The notes: a model not told the origin generated them from the sequence alone. Positions 12,191-24,900 are shown, numbered from the stretch's first letter. The stretch is DNA of 50,261 bases from Octopus bimaculoides (GCF_001194135.2 NC_068989.1:7329187-7379447), one strand, 5' to 3'. Numbers and translations: made by a program.

Positions 12191-12640
12191 CTCTCCTTCT
12201 ATAACACGATCAGAACTTACAACCCTTGTCTTATCAGAAGAGACAAATGTCGTAACATCTAGCTATGCTATAAAGAGTCAATATACATTTGTGTGTGGGC
12301 GTGCATACAGGCCTCAATATGAACATGTGCGTGTGTGTGTGCTTTTTTTTTAAAATTGAACTGTTCTAGAATTTTTTGTTGTTGTTATTGTTATTTAACC
12401 CAAGTTCAAAGCCGATTGAGTAAATCAATGATAAAAGACAACCTTGGCTTGATCAATATTTTTTCTTTTGTATATCCGTGTTTACATGTCTAACACATCA
12501 TTCCTTTTCCAAGAGAGTAGATTTCAAGGGTTGCAATTTTTGGTTGCAATTTCTTTAGTCTTGTGGACGATCAGTCGTTGCTGCTACTGCTGCTGCAGTT
12601 GTTGTTGCGTAGCCCTTTTTCATACCAACTCTTATTCCAG

Positions 12641-12798
12641 TGATGGCGGTATATATACTTATCCCAATGAAATCAACGAGACAGCGGTGTGGCTTGACGA
12701 TGTGAAATGCTCGGGCAAAGAAACATCTATCATAGACTGTGAGATGACTACTCAGCAGAAAGACAAATGTCCCAACGGTTATGCAGCTATATATTGCC
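12641..12798 (+). CDS. SRCR domain 7, B exon (divergent; A exon not visible)
   Basis: ttccag|T..TGCC|gtgagt, 158 nt; DGGIYTYPNEINETAVWLDDVKCSGKETSIIDCEMTTQQKDKCPNGYAAIYC. Confidence 0.88.
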
Positions 12799-12904
12799 GT
12801 GAGTATATTTTTTTCTTATTTTTCTCTTCTCTCAACAACGTGAAAAAGTTAACACAAGATTAATAAAAATGCAACATAATAATATTGACGTCATAAATAG
12901 GATG

Positions 12905-13478
12905 TCGAGGTGGCAGAATCGTTAATGCGCTGCGCAAAATACTTAGCGGCATTTCATCTGTCTTCACGACCTGAGTTCAAATTCTGCCGAGGTCGACTTT
13001 GCCTTTCATCCTTTTAGGGTCGATAAATTAAGTACCAGTTCCATACTGGGGTCGATTTAATCGATTGGTCCCCTCCCCCAAAATTTCGGGCCTTGTGCCT
13101 AGAGTAAGAAAAGAATGATATTTACATCATAAATAGGACAACGAGATGGCAGAATCATTAACACGCTGGGCAAAATGCTTAGTGGTATTTTGTCTGTCCT
13201 CACGTTCTGAGTTCAAATGCTGTTGTGGTTGACTTTGCCTTTCATCCTTTCAGGGTCGATAAAATAAGTATCAGTGGAACACAGGGGTCGATGTAATCGA
13301 CTTATCCCTCCTTTCTACTATAGCTACAAGAGCTGAAATTTTGGCGGAGAGGGGCTAGTCAATTACATCAACTCCAGTGCGAAACTGGTACTTATTTGAA
13401 CTCAGAGCGTAAAGACGGACAAAATGCCATTAAGCATTTTCTGCGGCGTGCTAACGATTCTGCCAGCTCACCGCCTTA
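12905..13478. mobile_element. Cluster of three SINE family A copies (+,+,-)
   Basis: ~12905-13115 (+), ~13143-13310 (+) and ~13315-13478 (-, internally deleted). Confidence 0.78.
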
Positions 13479-13868
13479 TTTTATTTATTAATCTTAACAT
13501 GCTTTCTTTCTTTACATAAACTTTTCCATTCTTGTCTTTTCTATGTTTTTTTTATGTCTTCGATTCTTCATGCTTTAAAACTCCCGCTTTCACGATCTGA
13601 CGGCTTATTTTTTCTCTACTCAGTTTTAGACACAGTAAGCTTTTTGTGACAAGTATAATTAACTGTACCTCGTTTATGCCATGGCAGTGATTAAAACACA
13701 TGAATATGTGCAGCTATTAGCCTTTTACTAATTACATGTGTGTGAGAGAAAGAGATCGGGCAAGAGACAGACAGACAGTGTAGTGTAGTTTTAACGGTCT
13801 GTCCATCTGTATGTCTATATATCTGTGTATATTTGTCTCACAATCTTTCATGTTGTCGTTGTGTATAG

Positions 13869-14013
13869 GAAACATCAGTGTTCGAGTTGTCGATGGACCC
13901 AATAAGGCAAGTGGTTATGTGGAGTTGCTGTACAGCGGAGTCTGGGGAACGATTTGCTCTGAAAAATGGGATCGCAATGATGCCCTTGTAATATGTCGAA
14001 TGTTGGGTTACAA
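13869..14013 (+). CDS. SRCR domain 8, A exon
   Basis: gtatag|GA..TACAA|gtaagt, 145 nt; [47 protein letters not shown]. Confidence 0.94.
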
Positions 14014-14046
14014 GTAAGTAAATTCTTTTAATTGGATTATTCAACA

Positions 14047-14315
14047 GGCGCAGACATGGCTGCGTGGTTAAGAGGCCTACTTTGTAACCACGTGGTTTCG
14101 AGTTCGGTTTCATTGCGCAGCACCTTGCTCGACGACGGTGTTGGTTTGTTTACGTGCCGTAACTTAGCGGTTCTTCAAAAGAGACCGACAGAATAAGTAC
14201 GAGGCTTAAAAGAGAAAATAAGGTGCTGGGGTCAATTTATTCGGCTGAAACTCTTGAAGGTGGTGCCCCAGCATGGCCGCAGCCAAATGATTGAAACAAC
14301 TAAAAGATGAAAGAA
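14047..14315 (+). mobile_element. tRNA-derived SINE family B (CORE-like), internally deleted
   Basis: Head ggctgcgtggttaag..ggttcggtt and tail ggtgccccagcatggccgcag..tgaaacaa shared with ~14 other copies. Confidence 0.75.
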
Positions 14316-14400
14316 CGATAAAATGTTGTGTTTAGTCATTAGACAATTGTTGTTTTGTATGTGTTAATGATGTTAATGTCATTGTTTGTTATCTCTGTAG

Positions 14401-14558
14401 TGATGCCAGTGTGAAAAATAAGAAGAAAATCAAACTAGCAGCAGAACAGATGTGGCTGGGAGAAGTTGAATGCACTGGCAAAGAAAACTCCATCACTGAA
14501 TGCAAGCACTCGGATTGGGGATACGAATGTTCATACGAGGCAGCAGAGTTATATTGCC
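14401..14558 (+). CDS. SRCR domain 8, B exon (divergent)
   Basis: ctgtag|T..TGCC|gtatgt, 158 nt; DASVKNKKKIKLAAEQMWLGEVECTGKENSITECKHSDWGYECSYEAAELYC. Confidence 0.9.
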
Positions 14559-15159
14559 GTATGTATCACTGTATTATTTATTCATTCCCCTGCTTGAGAC
14601 GGCAGCGGAGTTTTTTTTCCCCACAAGAGTTCCAGCCCCCAGTTATGAACTCATTTGCATACAGACAATCAGAGCTCAACTATCAAACTAATTTATGTGA
14701 CAGGCATAACATGTGATGGACGATAAGATAAGGTCACTTGGGTAAGGAATGACCATGCTTCTTTTCTCTTATAAGAATGCTTGTTCTTGTTCTTGTTTCA
14801 ACCATGGCTGCCGCTGCGTAGTTATATGTGTTGTTGCTTACTTTGTAAAGCAGTAAGGGGAGAGGGTTGCTAGCGCATGACCCTCTACCCACATTTTTCC
14901 CATCCACATCTTTACCATATGGGGCCCTAACAAAATCCGATAGTAGATACAGATGCAAATCTATCTGATTATTTGTCTCCTTCTAAAATCAGGCATAATT
15001 TGGCGATCGGTCGACTTACAACACAGTTCTTCGTCTTGAGTTTACTTGGTAGAGTGCGTTTGTTAACTTGACAACAAGGTCAAGGTGAGCTCTGATTGGC
15101 AGTATGCAAATGAGTTCATTACTTGGGTCCTAAATACTTGTGGGAAAAAAATTTCATGA

Positions 15160-15385
15160 GCTGGCAGAAATGTTAGCACGCCGGGCAAAATGCTTAGCGA
15201 CATTTCGTCTGCCGTTACGTTCTGAGTTCAAATTCCGCCGAGGTCAACTTTTCCTTTCATCCTTTCGGGGTCGATAAATTAAGTACTAGTTACACACTGG
15301 GGTCGATGTAATCGACTTAATCTCCTTGTCTGTCCTTGTTTGTCCCCTCTATGTTTAACCCCTTGTAGGCAGTAAAGAAATAAGA
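15160..15385 (+). mobile_element. SINE family A, full length
   Basis: Near-consensus head, core and tail. Confidence 0.85.
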
Positions 15386-15779
15386 CATGCATAGCCTTAG
15401 CATAGTTCTCAGGAAGATTCTGCGTGACACAGAATGTGACGAGGCTGGCCCTTTGAAATACAGGTACTACTTATTTTTACTTGTTCAGTGGACTGGAACA
15501 ATATGAAATAAAGTGTCTTGCTCAAGGACACAAGGCGTCGCCAGAAATTGAACTCACGACCTTGCGATCATGAGTCGAACATTCTAACCATTGAATCACG
15601 CACTTTCACAAAGGAAACTATTATCATTTACGGAACTCTAGTGGTCTTCGGTATTTTTTGTTATCATTGAATCTGGGGAGAAACAGTGGTGCCTATAACA
15701 TTTTGTGAGGGCTTTGAAACCTATCTTCAGAACGGTCCCACAGCCAGAATGCTTGGAACAGAATTTACTTAGGTACCTC

Positions 15780-16200
15780 CGCATCGAATGACATATGAAG
15801 CAGTCAAAGTACTCCAGTAAGGTCGGTTAGTAACCACTCTCAGTGCATCATTCCATCGTAGGTCTACCAGCTGAAGGTCCCCGTCGATCGCCTAGTTTCA
15901 GATCATCTTCGTCCCCTGTGCCGTTGCTTCTGAGGGCAACACTTAAGAACCATAAAACTGTTCATCTATGGTTTTATAACATGTTTCAGTCAATTCAATT
16001 GGTGCTTGCAGCTGGTGATGTAAACTGGGCATTGGTCAGCTCCTCTTCTGAGCTCATTCCTAATAAAGTATTCCTATTTGGTACCTAGTATTTTTAGGAA
16101 GCATCTCCAATCAAAAGCATCCAGTTTTTCCTTGATTGGTGTTCAGGTACCATGTTTCACAGCCATATAGAAGAATGGGGTGCAACAGCATAAAACCCCG
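15780..16200 (-). mobile_element. RTE-clade LINE 3' fragment (decayed RT C-terminal region)
   Basis: Minus-strand translation PILLYGCETW../KLDAFDWRCFLKILG..FIRNE..L*LKHV with a frameshift and stops; LLYGCETW is typical of RTE-like LINEs. Confidence 0.75.
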
Positions 16201-16303
16201 CTAAATGCACTCACCATAAGTAAGGTAGTGATGTTCAACTTATCAATGATTTAAGCCTACCAGCCACGTATGATCTTAACGTAGTCTCTTGTTTTTAATT
16301 TAG

Positions 16304-16448
16304 GTAACATTTCTGTAAAACTTGTGGACGGTCAAATTCCCTCTGAAGGTCGGGTGGAGGTATTCTACAACAACTCCTGGGGAACTGTCTGTGACGACAG
16401 CTGGCGAGAGGAAAATGCCCAAGTGATCTGTCAGATGCTTGGATACAG
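16304..16448 (+). CDS. SRCR domain 9, A exon (B exon not visible)
   Basis: atttag|GT..TACAG|gtaaag, 145 nt; [47 protein letters not shown]. Confidence 0.94.
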
Positions 16449-16818
16449 GTAAAGTATTAGAATTTACATGGAAATTGCTGCATAGATATTTGGTTTTAGG
16501 GTTATATCGTTATTAGAAACGTACTGACTGTTAGAATTAAATGAGACACTACTGGTTAAAGTAGACATACATGTGTATGTTTAGGTGTATGTATGTATGT
16601 ATATATATATATATATATAAATGAAATATTCAAACACTGAGATTTGAAGTTAGATGTCACTACTGTTCATATCATCTGTGGATAAATTCAAAATTTGATG
16701 ATATCACTCCCGCTTTAACGATCTGACGGATTATTTTTTCTCTACTCAGTTTTAGATACGGTAAGCTTTGTACAAGTATAATTAACTGTACCTCTTTTAT
16801 GCCACGGCAGTGATTAAA

Positions 16819-16859
<41 letters not shown>

Positions 16860-18496
16860 AATATTCTATAATTATATAATTAGGGGTCAGTTAATTGCTT
16901 CGCCATACACTGAATTTAGAAATAGGAGTTAAGATTCCTTTTCTACTACCGTAAAGATCTCCCAGACAGTAACACACATTTTTTTACATATATTNNNNNN
17001 NNNNNNNNNNNNNNNNNNNNNNNNNNNNNNNNNNNNNNNNNNNNNNNNNNNNNNNNNNNNNNNNNNNNNNNNNNNNNNNNNNNNNNNNNNNNNNNNNNNN
17101 NNNNNNNNNNNNNNNNNNNNNNNNNNNNNNNNNNNNNNNNNNNNNNNNNNNNNNNNNNNNNNNNNNNNNNNNNNNNNNNNNNNNNNNNNNNNNNNNNNNN
17201 NNNNNNNNNNNNNNNNNNNNNNNNNNNNNNNNNNNNNNNNNNNNNNNNNNNNNNNNNNNNNNNNNNNNNNNNNNNNNNNNNNNNNNNNNNNNNNNNNNNN
17301 NNNNNNNNNNNNNNNNNNNNNNNNNNNNNNNNNNNNNNNNNNNNNNNNNNNNNNNNNNNNNNNNNNNNNNNNNNNNNNNNNNNNNNNNNNNNNNNNNNNN
17401 NNNNNNNNNNNNNNNNNNNNNNNNNNNNNNNNNNNNNNNNNNNNNNNNNNNNNNNNNNNNNNNNNNNNNNNNNNNNNNNNNNNNNNNNNNNNNNNNNNNN
17501 NNNNNNNNNNNNNNNNNNNNNNNNNNNNNNNNNNNNNNNNNNNNNNNNNNNNNNNNNNNNNNNNNNNNNNNNNNNNNNNNNNNNNNNNNNNNNNNNNNNN
17601 NNNNNNNNNNNNNNNNNNNNNNNNNNNNNNNNNNNNNNNNNNNNNNNNNNNNNNNNNNNNNNNNNNNNNNNNNNNNNNNNNNNNNNNNNNNNNNNNNNNN
17701 NNNNNNNNNNNNNNNNNNNNNNNNNNNNNNNNNNNNNNNNNNNNNNNNNNNNNNNNNNNNNNNNNNNNNNNNNNNNNNNNNNNNNNNNNNNNNNNNNNNN
17801 NNNNNNNNNNNNNNNNNNNNNNNNNNNNNNNNNNNNNNNNNNNNNNNNNNNNNTATATATATATATATATATATATATATTGTATAATAAGTGTAGGCAT
17901 AACCGTTTGGTTAAGAAGATCACTTTGCAGCCATGTAGTTCCCGTTTCATTTCCAATGCATGCCACCTTTGGCAAGTGTCTTTGGTCGGCCCGAGGCTAT
18001 AGCAGAAGACACTTGCCCAAGGTGAAATGCAGTGGGACTGAGCCCAGAACCATGTGGTTGGTAAGCAAGCTACTTACCACACAGCCACTCCTACACCTAT
18101 GTAAATATTGTCTCTGAAAGTTTAAAATCCTCGGGTTCAAGTACATCCTAACTGTCTGTCGTGGTCTGAGCTTACCAGGGTGGGTTGCTGCAGAAGGGCC
18201 GTTGGCAAACTGCTTTGAATGTGTAGATGTAGTTGGATGGTGTTGCTTGTACTGTTAAAGTGGTTGCCATTTTAAAAGGACTGATATTTTATCTCTTTGT
18301 GCTACTGATTTGTTCTTCATGGTTAGTTCCTCACGTGATTGTCCTTTGCTGGTCTTTAAGATTTGTGCGTGTATGCGTTTGCGTGTGTTTGTATATATGT
18401 ATTTTCTTTTTTGTTGAAATTATTTGTTGTCTTCCTGTGTGCTAAGGTAACAACTAAGCAAACAATCATACTCGGTCTATGTCTTGCTATCTGCAG

Positions 18497-18641
18497 AAAA
18501 TGTCGAAGTTCGATTGGTCGACGGCGACTCTCCTGCAAACGGTCGCGTTGAGATAAAGTTCAAAGAACGATGGGGTACCATCTGTGATGAAGGTTGGGAC
18601 GACAACGATGCTGTGGTGGTGTGTCGGATGATTGGATACAG
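18497..18641 (+). CDS. SRCR domain 10, A exon
   Basis: ctgcag|AA..TACAG|gtaggt, 145 nt; NVEVRLVDGDSPANGRVEIKFKERWGTICDEGWDDNDAVVVCRMIGY. Confidence 0.95.
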
Positions 18642-18785
18642 GTAGGTCAATAGGTCAGGCATACATTGTTATTTATATTTATTTCTGAGAACTTTCGGGC
18701 TCAAGCCTACCATGGATAACTCCCAGAAATCCCTGGCCTGGCAGGATATGCGCCCAGAAAAATTGTGTCACCCGCTGATAGTATT

Positions 18786-18860
<75 letters not shown>

Positions 18861-19119
18861 GTTTAACGTCCGCTTTCCATGCTAGCATGGGTTGGACGAT
18901 TTGACTGAGGACTGGTGAACCAGATGGCTACACCAGGCTCCAATCTGATTTGGCAGAGTTTCTACAGCTGGATGCCCTTCCTAACGCCAACCACTCCGAG
19001 AGTGTAGTGGGTGCTTTTACGTGCCACCGGCACATATGTATATTCCATGTGCAGACCATTGATTTTAAGGTAAATCTCTTTTCTGTTTATTTTTATGAAT
19101 CATTCTCTTTCTCTTTTAG

Positions 19120-19283
19120 TGATGGCATTGCTTATAAAAATGCAAAATATGGCCCCGGTACAGGACCAGTATGGCTGCACAATGTTAACTGTAATAGTAG
19201 CGAATATTCCATTGCGAACTGTAATCGACTTGACTGGAACTCAAGCAAATGCCAACATTCCCAAGATGCCGGTGTATTTTGCA
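19120..19283 (+). CDS. SRCR domain 10, B exon
   Basis: ttttag|T..TGCA|gtaagg, 164 nt; DGIAYKNAKYGPGTGPVWLHNVNCNSSEYSIANCNRLDWNSSKCQHSQDAGVFC. Confidence 0.93.
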
Positions 19284-19360
19284 GTAAGGAATTTTACTTA
19301 TCTTTGATCTTCTTTAATCTTCTTTTGTCTTCAAGTGAAATTATAGGTAAATAAACAAAT

Positions 19361-19516
19361 GGGTGCGGGCATGGCTGTGTTGGTAACCACATGGTGTTGT
19401 GTTCATTCCTATTGCACGGCACCTTGGGCAAATGTCTTCTACTATCCATAGCCGAAGACCGACGAATACCTTGTGAATGAATTCGGTAGACGGAAAATGT
19501 ATGGAAGCCCATTGTG

Positions 19517-19573
<57 letters not shown>

Positions 19574-19712
19574 GGTTTGATAAAAAGCAAACTGACAGAA
19601 AATGTACCAATCATCAAAAAATAAGTGCTGGAGTCGAGTTGATTGACTAAACCCTTTAAGGTGATGCAGCACCATGCCCACAGTCCAATGACTGACACGA
19701 ATAAGAATTATA
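19361..19712 (+). mobile_element. SINE family B with internal (CA)n
   Basis: Core ggcaccttgggcaaatgtcttctacta; internal microsatellite; tail gactgacacgaataaga. Confidence 0.78.
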
Positions 19713-19989
19713 AAACATAAGGATATCCTTTAGGACTTCCATAGTTAGAAGAGAGCAAGGGCGATCCTCCCCAGGAGACTGCAGTGTTGGGTTTCCTGCA
19801 TAAGCCTATATAGACTGTTTTCCAGGGGAGCGACAAAGTCTACGGCTACCCCCAGGCACCACCCCAGTTGTGTCACTTTTCTTTCATGATTTAAATGCAA
19901 AAAGTAAAATTTATAATTCTCTGATTAATGAGTAACTTTTGTAATATATGATGTACGTTTTTTTTTTCCCCTCATCTTTCTCTTTGCAG

Positions 19990-20134
19990 AAGAGGTCGCG
20001 ATCAAACTTCTTGGCTCTATGGTTCCTGGACTGGGCAGAGTGGAAATCGGTATTGCTGGGAAATGGGGTACTGTATGTGAAGACAACTGGGATCGAAGTG
20101 ATGCCCTGGTTGTCTGCCGTATGCTTGGCTATCA
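19990..20134 (+). CDS. SRCR domain 11, A exon
   Basis: ttgcag|AA..TATCA|gtaagt, 145 nt; [47 protein letters not shown]. Confidence 0.94.
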
Positions 20135-20252
20135 GTAAGTACACAATTCTCTACCTACATAAATAGTACAGAAATTTTCGTACTTCGATATATGAAGATA
20201 GATAGATACACATATACATATATCTATATATGCATATACATGTACATACATA

Positions 20253-20315
<63 letters not shown>

Positions 20316-20472
20316 ATATAATATATATATAAATATATATATATATGTATGTATGTATGTATATATTTTTCAATGTGTATGAATAACAAGGAAAATCCAG
20401 ATGAATTGTTGATACTGTTATTGTCTTAAAGTGTTTTTTATGTAACATTGCAACATCCTCCTTTAATTACAG

Positions 20473-20636
20473 TGATGCAGTGGCCTACACTAATGGCAAA
20501 TTTGGAAGAGGTAACCATTCAATAGTCCTTGACGAAGTGGAGTGCCTTGGCAACGAATATTCCATTGCCAACTGCAGCCATAGCCCATGGGGTCAATCCC
20601 ATTGCAAGTATCCAGGTGCAGCTGGTGTCCATTGCT
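20473..20636 (+). CDS. SRCR domain 11, B exon
   Basis: ttacag|T..TGCT|gtaagt, 164 nt; DAVAYTNGKFGRGNHSIVLDEVECLGNEYSIANCSHSPWGQSHCKYPGAAGVHC. Confidence 0.93.
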
Positions 20637-21121
20637 GTAAGTAGTGGTAATTAATGCATTATTTACTTAATAAAAAAATGAATTAATTAAAATAGTCATT
20701 TATGTATTATACTTAATGTATACATTATGTATTATAATACATTTATGTATTATAGGCACAGGAGTGACTGTGTGGTAAGTAGCTTGCTTATCAACCACAT
20801 GGTTCTGGGTTCAGTCCCACTGTGTGGCACCTTGGGCAAGTGTCTTCTACTATAGCCTCGGGCCGACCAAAGCCTTATGAGTGGATTCGGTAGACGGAAA
20901 CTGAAACGTCTCCTTTCATTTCCAGTGCATCACTTACTATGCTACAGGTAGCTAGATGTTCATAATATAAACATAAAGTGAAATTGCTACAAGAGTCGAT
21001 GTCATGACTAAAAAACGCCTTTGAAGAAAATGCCTCAGTAAATCTGCAGTCGAATGAACGAGGATAATAAAAATGAATAAAAGGATACATTTGTTTATAG
21101 ACTCTTTTTCTTTCATTGTAG

Positions 21122-21266
21122 TAAATGTCACGACTCGATTAGTTGATGGCACCAACAGAAGCAACGGCCGCGTTGAGGTATTTTATAACGGCGCCTGGGG
21201 CACAGTGTGTGAACGAGGATGGGACCGAAGAGATGCGTTAGTCATCTGCCGTATGCTGGGATACAG
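21122..21266 (+). CDS. SRCR domain 12, A exon
   Basis: ttgtag|TA..TACAG|gtaaga, 145 nt; [47 protein letters not shown]. Confidence 0.95.
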
Positions 21267-21391
21267 GTAAGAAATCATAGAAATGGAGTGATGCCTAGTT
21301 TTGATAATATACCTCATGATCAGGGTCGATATCGATATCCAGTTTCGATTTCTGGTCTCAGAGCCACTGCATTATTTAGCCGAAGGGAAGG

Positions 21392-21600
21392 CGGCGAGCT
21401 GGCAGAACCGTTAGCACGTCGGACAAAATGCTTATCGGTATTTCGTCTGTCTTAACGTTCTGAGTTCAAATTCCGCCGAGGTCGACTTTGCTTTTCATCC
21501 TTTCGGGATCAATAAAATAAATACCAGTTGAGTACTGGGGTCGATCTAATCGACTATCCCACTACCCTCAAATTTCAGGCCTTGTGCCTATAACAGAAAG
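21392..21600 (+). mobile_element. SINE family A, full length
   Basis: ggcggcgagctggcagaaccgttagc..gagttcaaattccgccgaggtcgac..ggccttgtgccta. Confidence 0.85.
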
Positions 21601-22223
21601 AATTATTTAGCTTAAGGGAAATCTACGAAGATCACAAAATTCTCAGGTTCTTATCCTTAAATTTGTTCTTGGATGGATGGATGGATGGATGGTTCCATGC
21701 GTACATGGATGTTTCCATTGGGATTTATTTTTATGCTTTGTCCCTTGGAGAATTCAAGCAGGTCAGAATAGTGGCAAGGCTCTTTTGCTTAAGTGAAGAC
21801 AATGCTTGAGGGGTTGCAGTTACAATCACCACCACCCCTACCACCACCACCACAATCACCACCACCACCACCACCACCACCAAAACCACCACCNNNNNNN
21901 NNNNNNNNNNNNNNNNNNNNNNNNNNNNNNNNNNNNNNNNNNNNNNNNNNNNNNNNNNNNNNNNNNNNNNNNNNNNNNNNNNNNNNNNNNNNNNNNNNNN
22001 NNNNNNNNNNNNNNNNNNNNNNNNNNNNNNNNNNNNNNNNNNNNNNNNNNNNNNNNNNNNNNNNNNNNNNNNNNNNNNNNNNNNNNNNNNNNNNNNNNNN
22101 NTGAAGACAATGCTTGAGGGGTTGCAGTTACAATCACCACCACCCCTACCACCACCACTACCACTACTACTATTCGTAATTATTTAATTGTATTTTTTTG
22201 TTTTATTGTTGTTGTTCTTGTAG

Positions 22224-22387
22224 TGATGCTACGACTAAACCATTAGGAACTTTTAAATCCGGCTTTGGATCAATCTGGGTGGATGAAGCCAATTGTAGCG
22301 GCTCAGAACAATCTATTGCTGACTGCACCGGAAATATCTGGGGGACGACTGAATGTAATCACAAACAGGATGTTGGTATAGCTTGCC
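22224..22387 (+). CDS. SRCR domain 12, B exon
   Basis: ttgtag|T..TGCC|gtaagt, 164 nt; DATTKPLGTFKSGFGSIWVDEANCSGSEQSIADCTGNIWGTTECNHKQDVGIAC. Confidence 0.93.
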
Positions 22388-22850
22388 GTAAGTATTTCTT
22401 CGTTACTTTTTTGGTGCACTGTGGTGGCTGTGTGGTTGAGAAGCTCGCTTTGCAACCACTTGGTTTTAGGTTCAATCCCCCACTACGCGGCATCTTGGGA
22501 AAGTGCCGTATATTATAGCGTTCGGGCCGACAAATGCATTGTGAGTGAATCTGGTTGATAGGAATAGTGTGTGTGTGTGTTTGTCCCCGCAACTATCACT
22601 TGACAACCGATGTCGGTTTGTTTACGTCCCAGTAACTAAGTAGTTCGGCGAAAGACGCTGGAAAGAATAATAATAATAGCAAACTTTAAAACAATAAGAA
22701 CTGGAGAGGGTGGAGAGCAGTTCATTCGGCTATGCCCTTTATAACGGTAGCCCAACATGGCTGCAGTTCAATAAGTGAAACAAAAAACATATGTAGAAGA
22801 ATTCAAGATATAAATGGTTTGACAACATCTTGAGAGTTCGTCTCCTTGTT

Positions 22851-22899
<49 letters not shown>

Positions 22900-23047
22900 T
22901 ATATGCGAGTGATTGGATGAACAAAAGAAGGGCACTCAACACATTTCTAATTTCCAATGACTGAAGATTAACATCACGCATTGAAACTTAAAGTACCAAG
23001 GAATTTGAATCAAACTGTTCTGATCCACATAGAGAGAGAGGGAGAGG

Positions 23048-23084
<37 letters not shown>

Positions 23085-23906
23085 TACGTTAATGTGCTGA
23101 TTACATGTTAATTATATTTTACAAAAGATCAAGATCTCTCAATTATTATCTAACATAAACGATGAGAAATCGATACAATATGGTATTGGAACTAGGTTTT
23201 GGAATTGTTCTGTCCTCATAATCGAAGTCTACTTCAAGACAAACGTTATTTTGGTCAAATATGCTAAATTAAAATGGGTTGATTGAGTAAGTATTAAGCA
23301 CAGTATTACCATAATCCAGCAAAATTAAATGGCTTTAAGAATAATAGAAGATATTGGGAGAAGTTGAAGTTGTCTTGTGTTTCTGTAACTGATATGGAAT
23401 TCTAAAACATTTGTCAGGAAATTTACATTTTCGTTGTTTTCCCAATGTTTATTTCATGATTATGACTGATAATAGATTTTCTGGTTAAATGACAGCTATT
23501 AAGGTCCCGTGAGTTCTCATATCTCACAGTGACAAATTAGCATATCTGTTTGTTAATTTGTTAATAGCGAGGATAGGGCAGACGTATTGGAGCAGGAAAT
23601 GAACTACATGCTTTTTTATAATCTCTTTGATAAAGCTGATTCATAAAACTTTCCGATAACAACGAAAGCAAATAGGTTGTTAAAGTAAAACGGAGAAACA
23701 TTATTTTGTTGATTTAACTCTGAATATAATAACAGAACTAAACTAAAAATAGATTAATGATTGCCAACAAATGTTTAGGTCCTGTCAGCGTTTAACTATT
23801 TTTGATAATCTAAAATTAGGGATAATGAGTTCATTTTCTGCTTCCCACGTTCCCCTTCAATACCATATTAAAGCGGATACTAGTTATTAACTTATTTTGG
23901 GTAACC

Positions 23907-24093
23907 AGGCATAGCTGTGTCGTAAGAAGTTTGCTTCCCAACCACACATGGTTTAGGGTTCAATCTCTCAGCGTGGCACCTTGGGTATGTGTCTGCTACT
24001 ATAGGCCCAGAACAACCATAGCCTTGTGAGTCGATTTGGTGGACGGAAATCGAAGGATGCCCACTGTATATATGTGTGTATATGTGTGTGTGC

Positions 24094-24130
<37 letters not shown>

Positions 24131-24380
24131 CATACATATGTATGTGTGTGTCTCTTTGGGTTTGTGGCCATCTCCTAACCACCTGACAACCGGTGTTGGT
24201 TTGTTTATGTCCCAGTCATTTTCTTCAGCTCAGCAAAAGGGACTGATAGAATAAGTACCCTGACTTTAAACAAAACATAAGTATTGGGGTTGATTTGTTC
24301 GACTAAACCCTTTGAAGGCAGTGCCCCAGTATGGTCGCAGTCTAGTGACTGAAACAAATAAAAGATAAAGGATAAAAGAT
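23907..24380 (+). mobile_element. SINE family B, full length, internal (TA/TG)n
   Basis: Complete head-core-microsatellite-tail; similar copies at 22415-22790 and 29661-30078. Confidence 0.82.
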
Positions 24381-24583
24381 AACCATTTAAATGAATCACA
24401 GGCTCTTTTTATAAATAGGGTTGGTTCACGGGGAGCTATGGGAAGGATCTTTCCTAAGGGTTCTGTTCGATAATCACAAAACCAAGTTTGGTTAAAGGTT
24501 TTATGACCAAGTGGATTAACCTCAGTATATCACTGGTACTTATTTTCATCAGCCTAGTGTAATAAGCTGTTCATCTGCAAAAC

Positions 24584-24900
24584 TAAGAGGATTAGTCAAA
24601 AAGTAATGCCATTTTGTTTAGGACTGGTATAATTACCAACACAGGAACATGTATCATACATCAAAATGAAGCTGGTCCTCTGTGGATCACATCCCTACTT
24701 CTCAACATAGTCACCGTTTCTCTCAATAGCAATGTTCCACCATCGAATGAGAGCATGTATCCCTGCCCCGTAAAATTCTGTTGACTGTTCTTTGAGCCAC
24801 TTCTTCACTACAGTTTTCACCTCCTTGTCACTGGAATAATGATTGCCTCTCGAACACTCTTTCATGGGGCTGAAGAGATGATAGTCTGAAGGCGCTAAAT
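24584..24900 (-). mobile_element. Mariner transposon 3' end (transposase C-terminus plus TIR)
   Basis: 24900-24695 translates LAPSDYHLFSPMKECSRGNHYSSDKEVKTVVKKWLKEQSTEFYGAGIHALIRWWNIAIERNGDYVEK*; TIR-like taagaggattagtcaaaaagtaatgcc at ~24584. Confidence 0.85.

Noticed and set aside
21793-22160. Direct duplication tgaagacaatgcttgaggggttgcag.. on both sides of a gap
   Set aside because: Identical sequence flanking Ns is most simply an unmerged contig overlap
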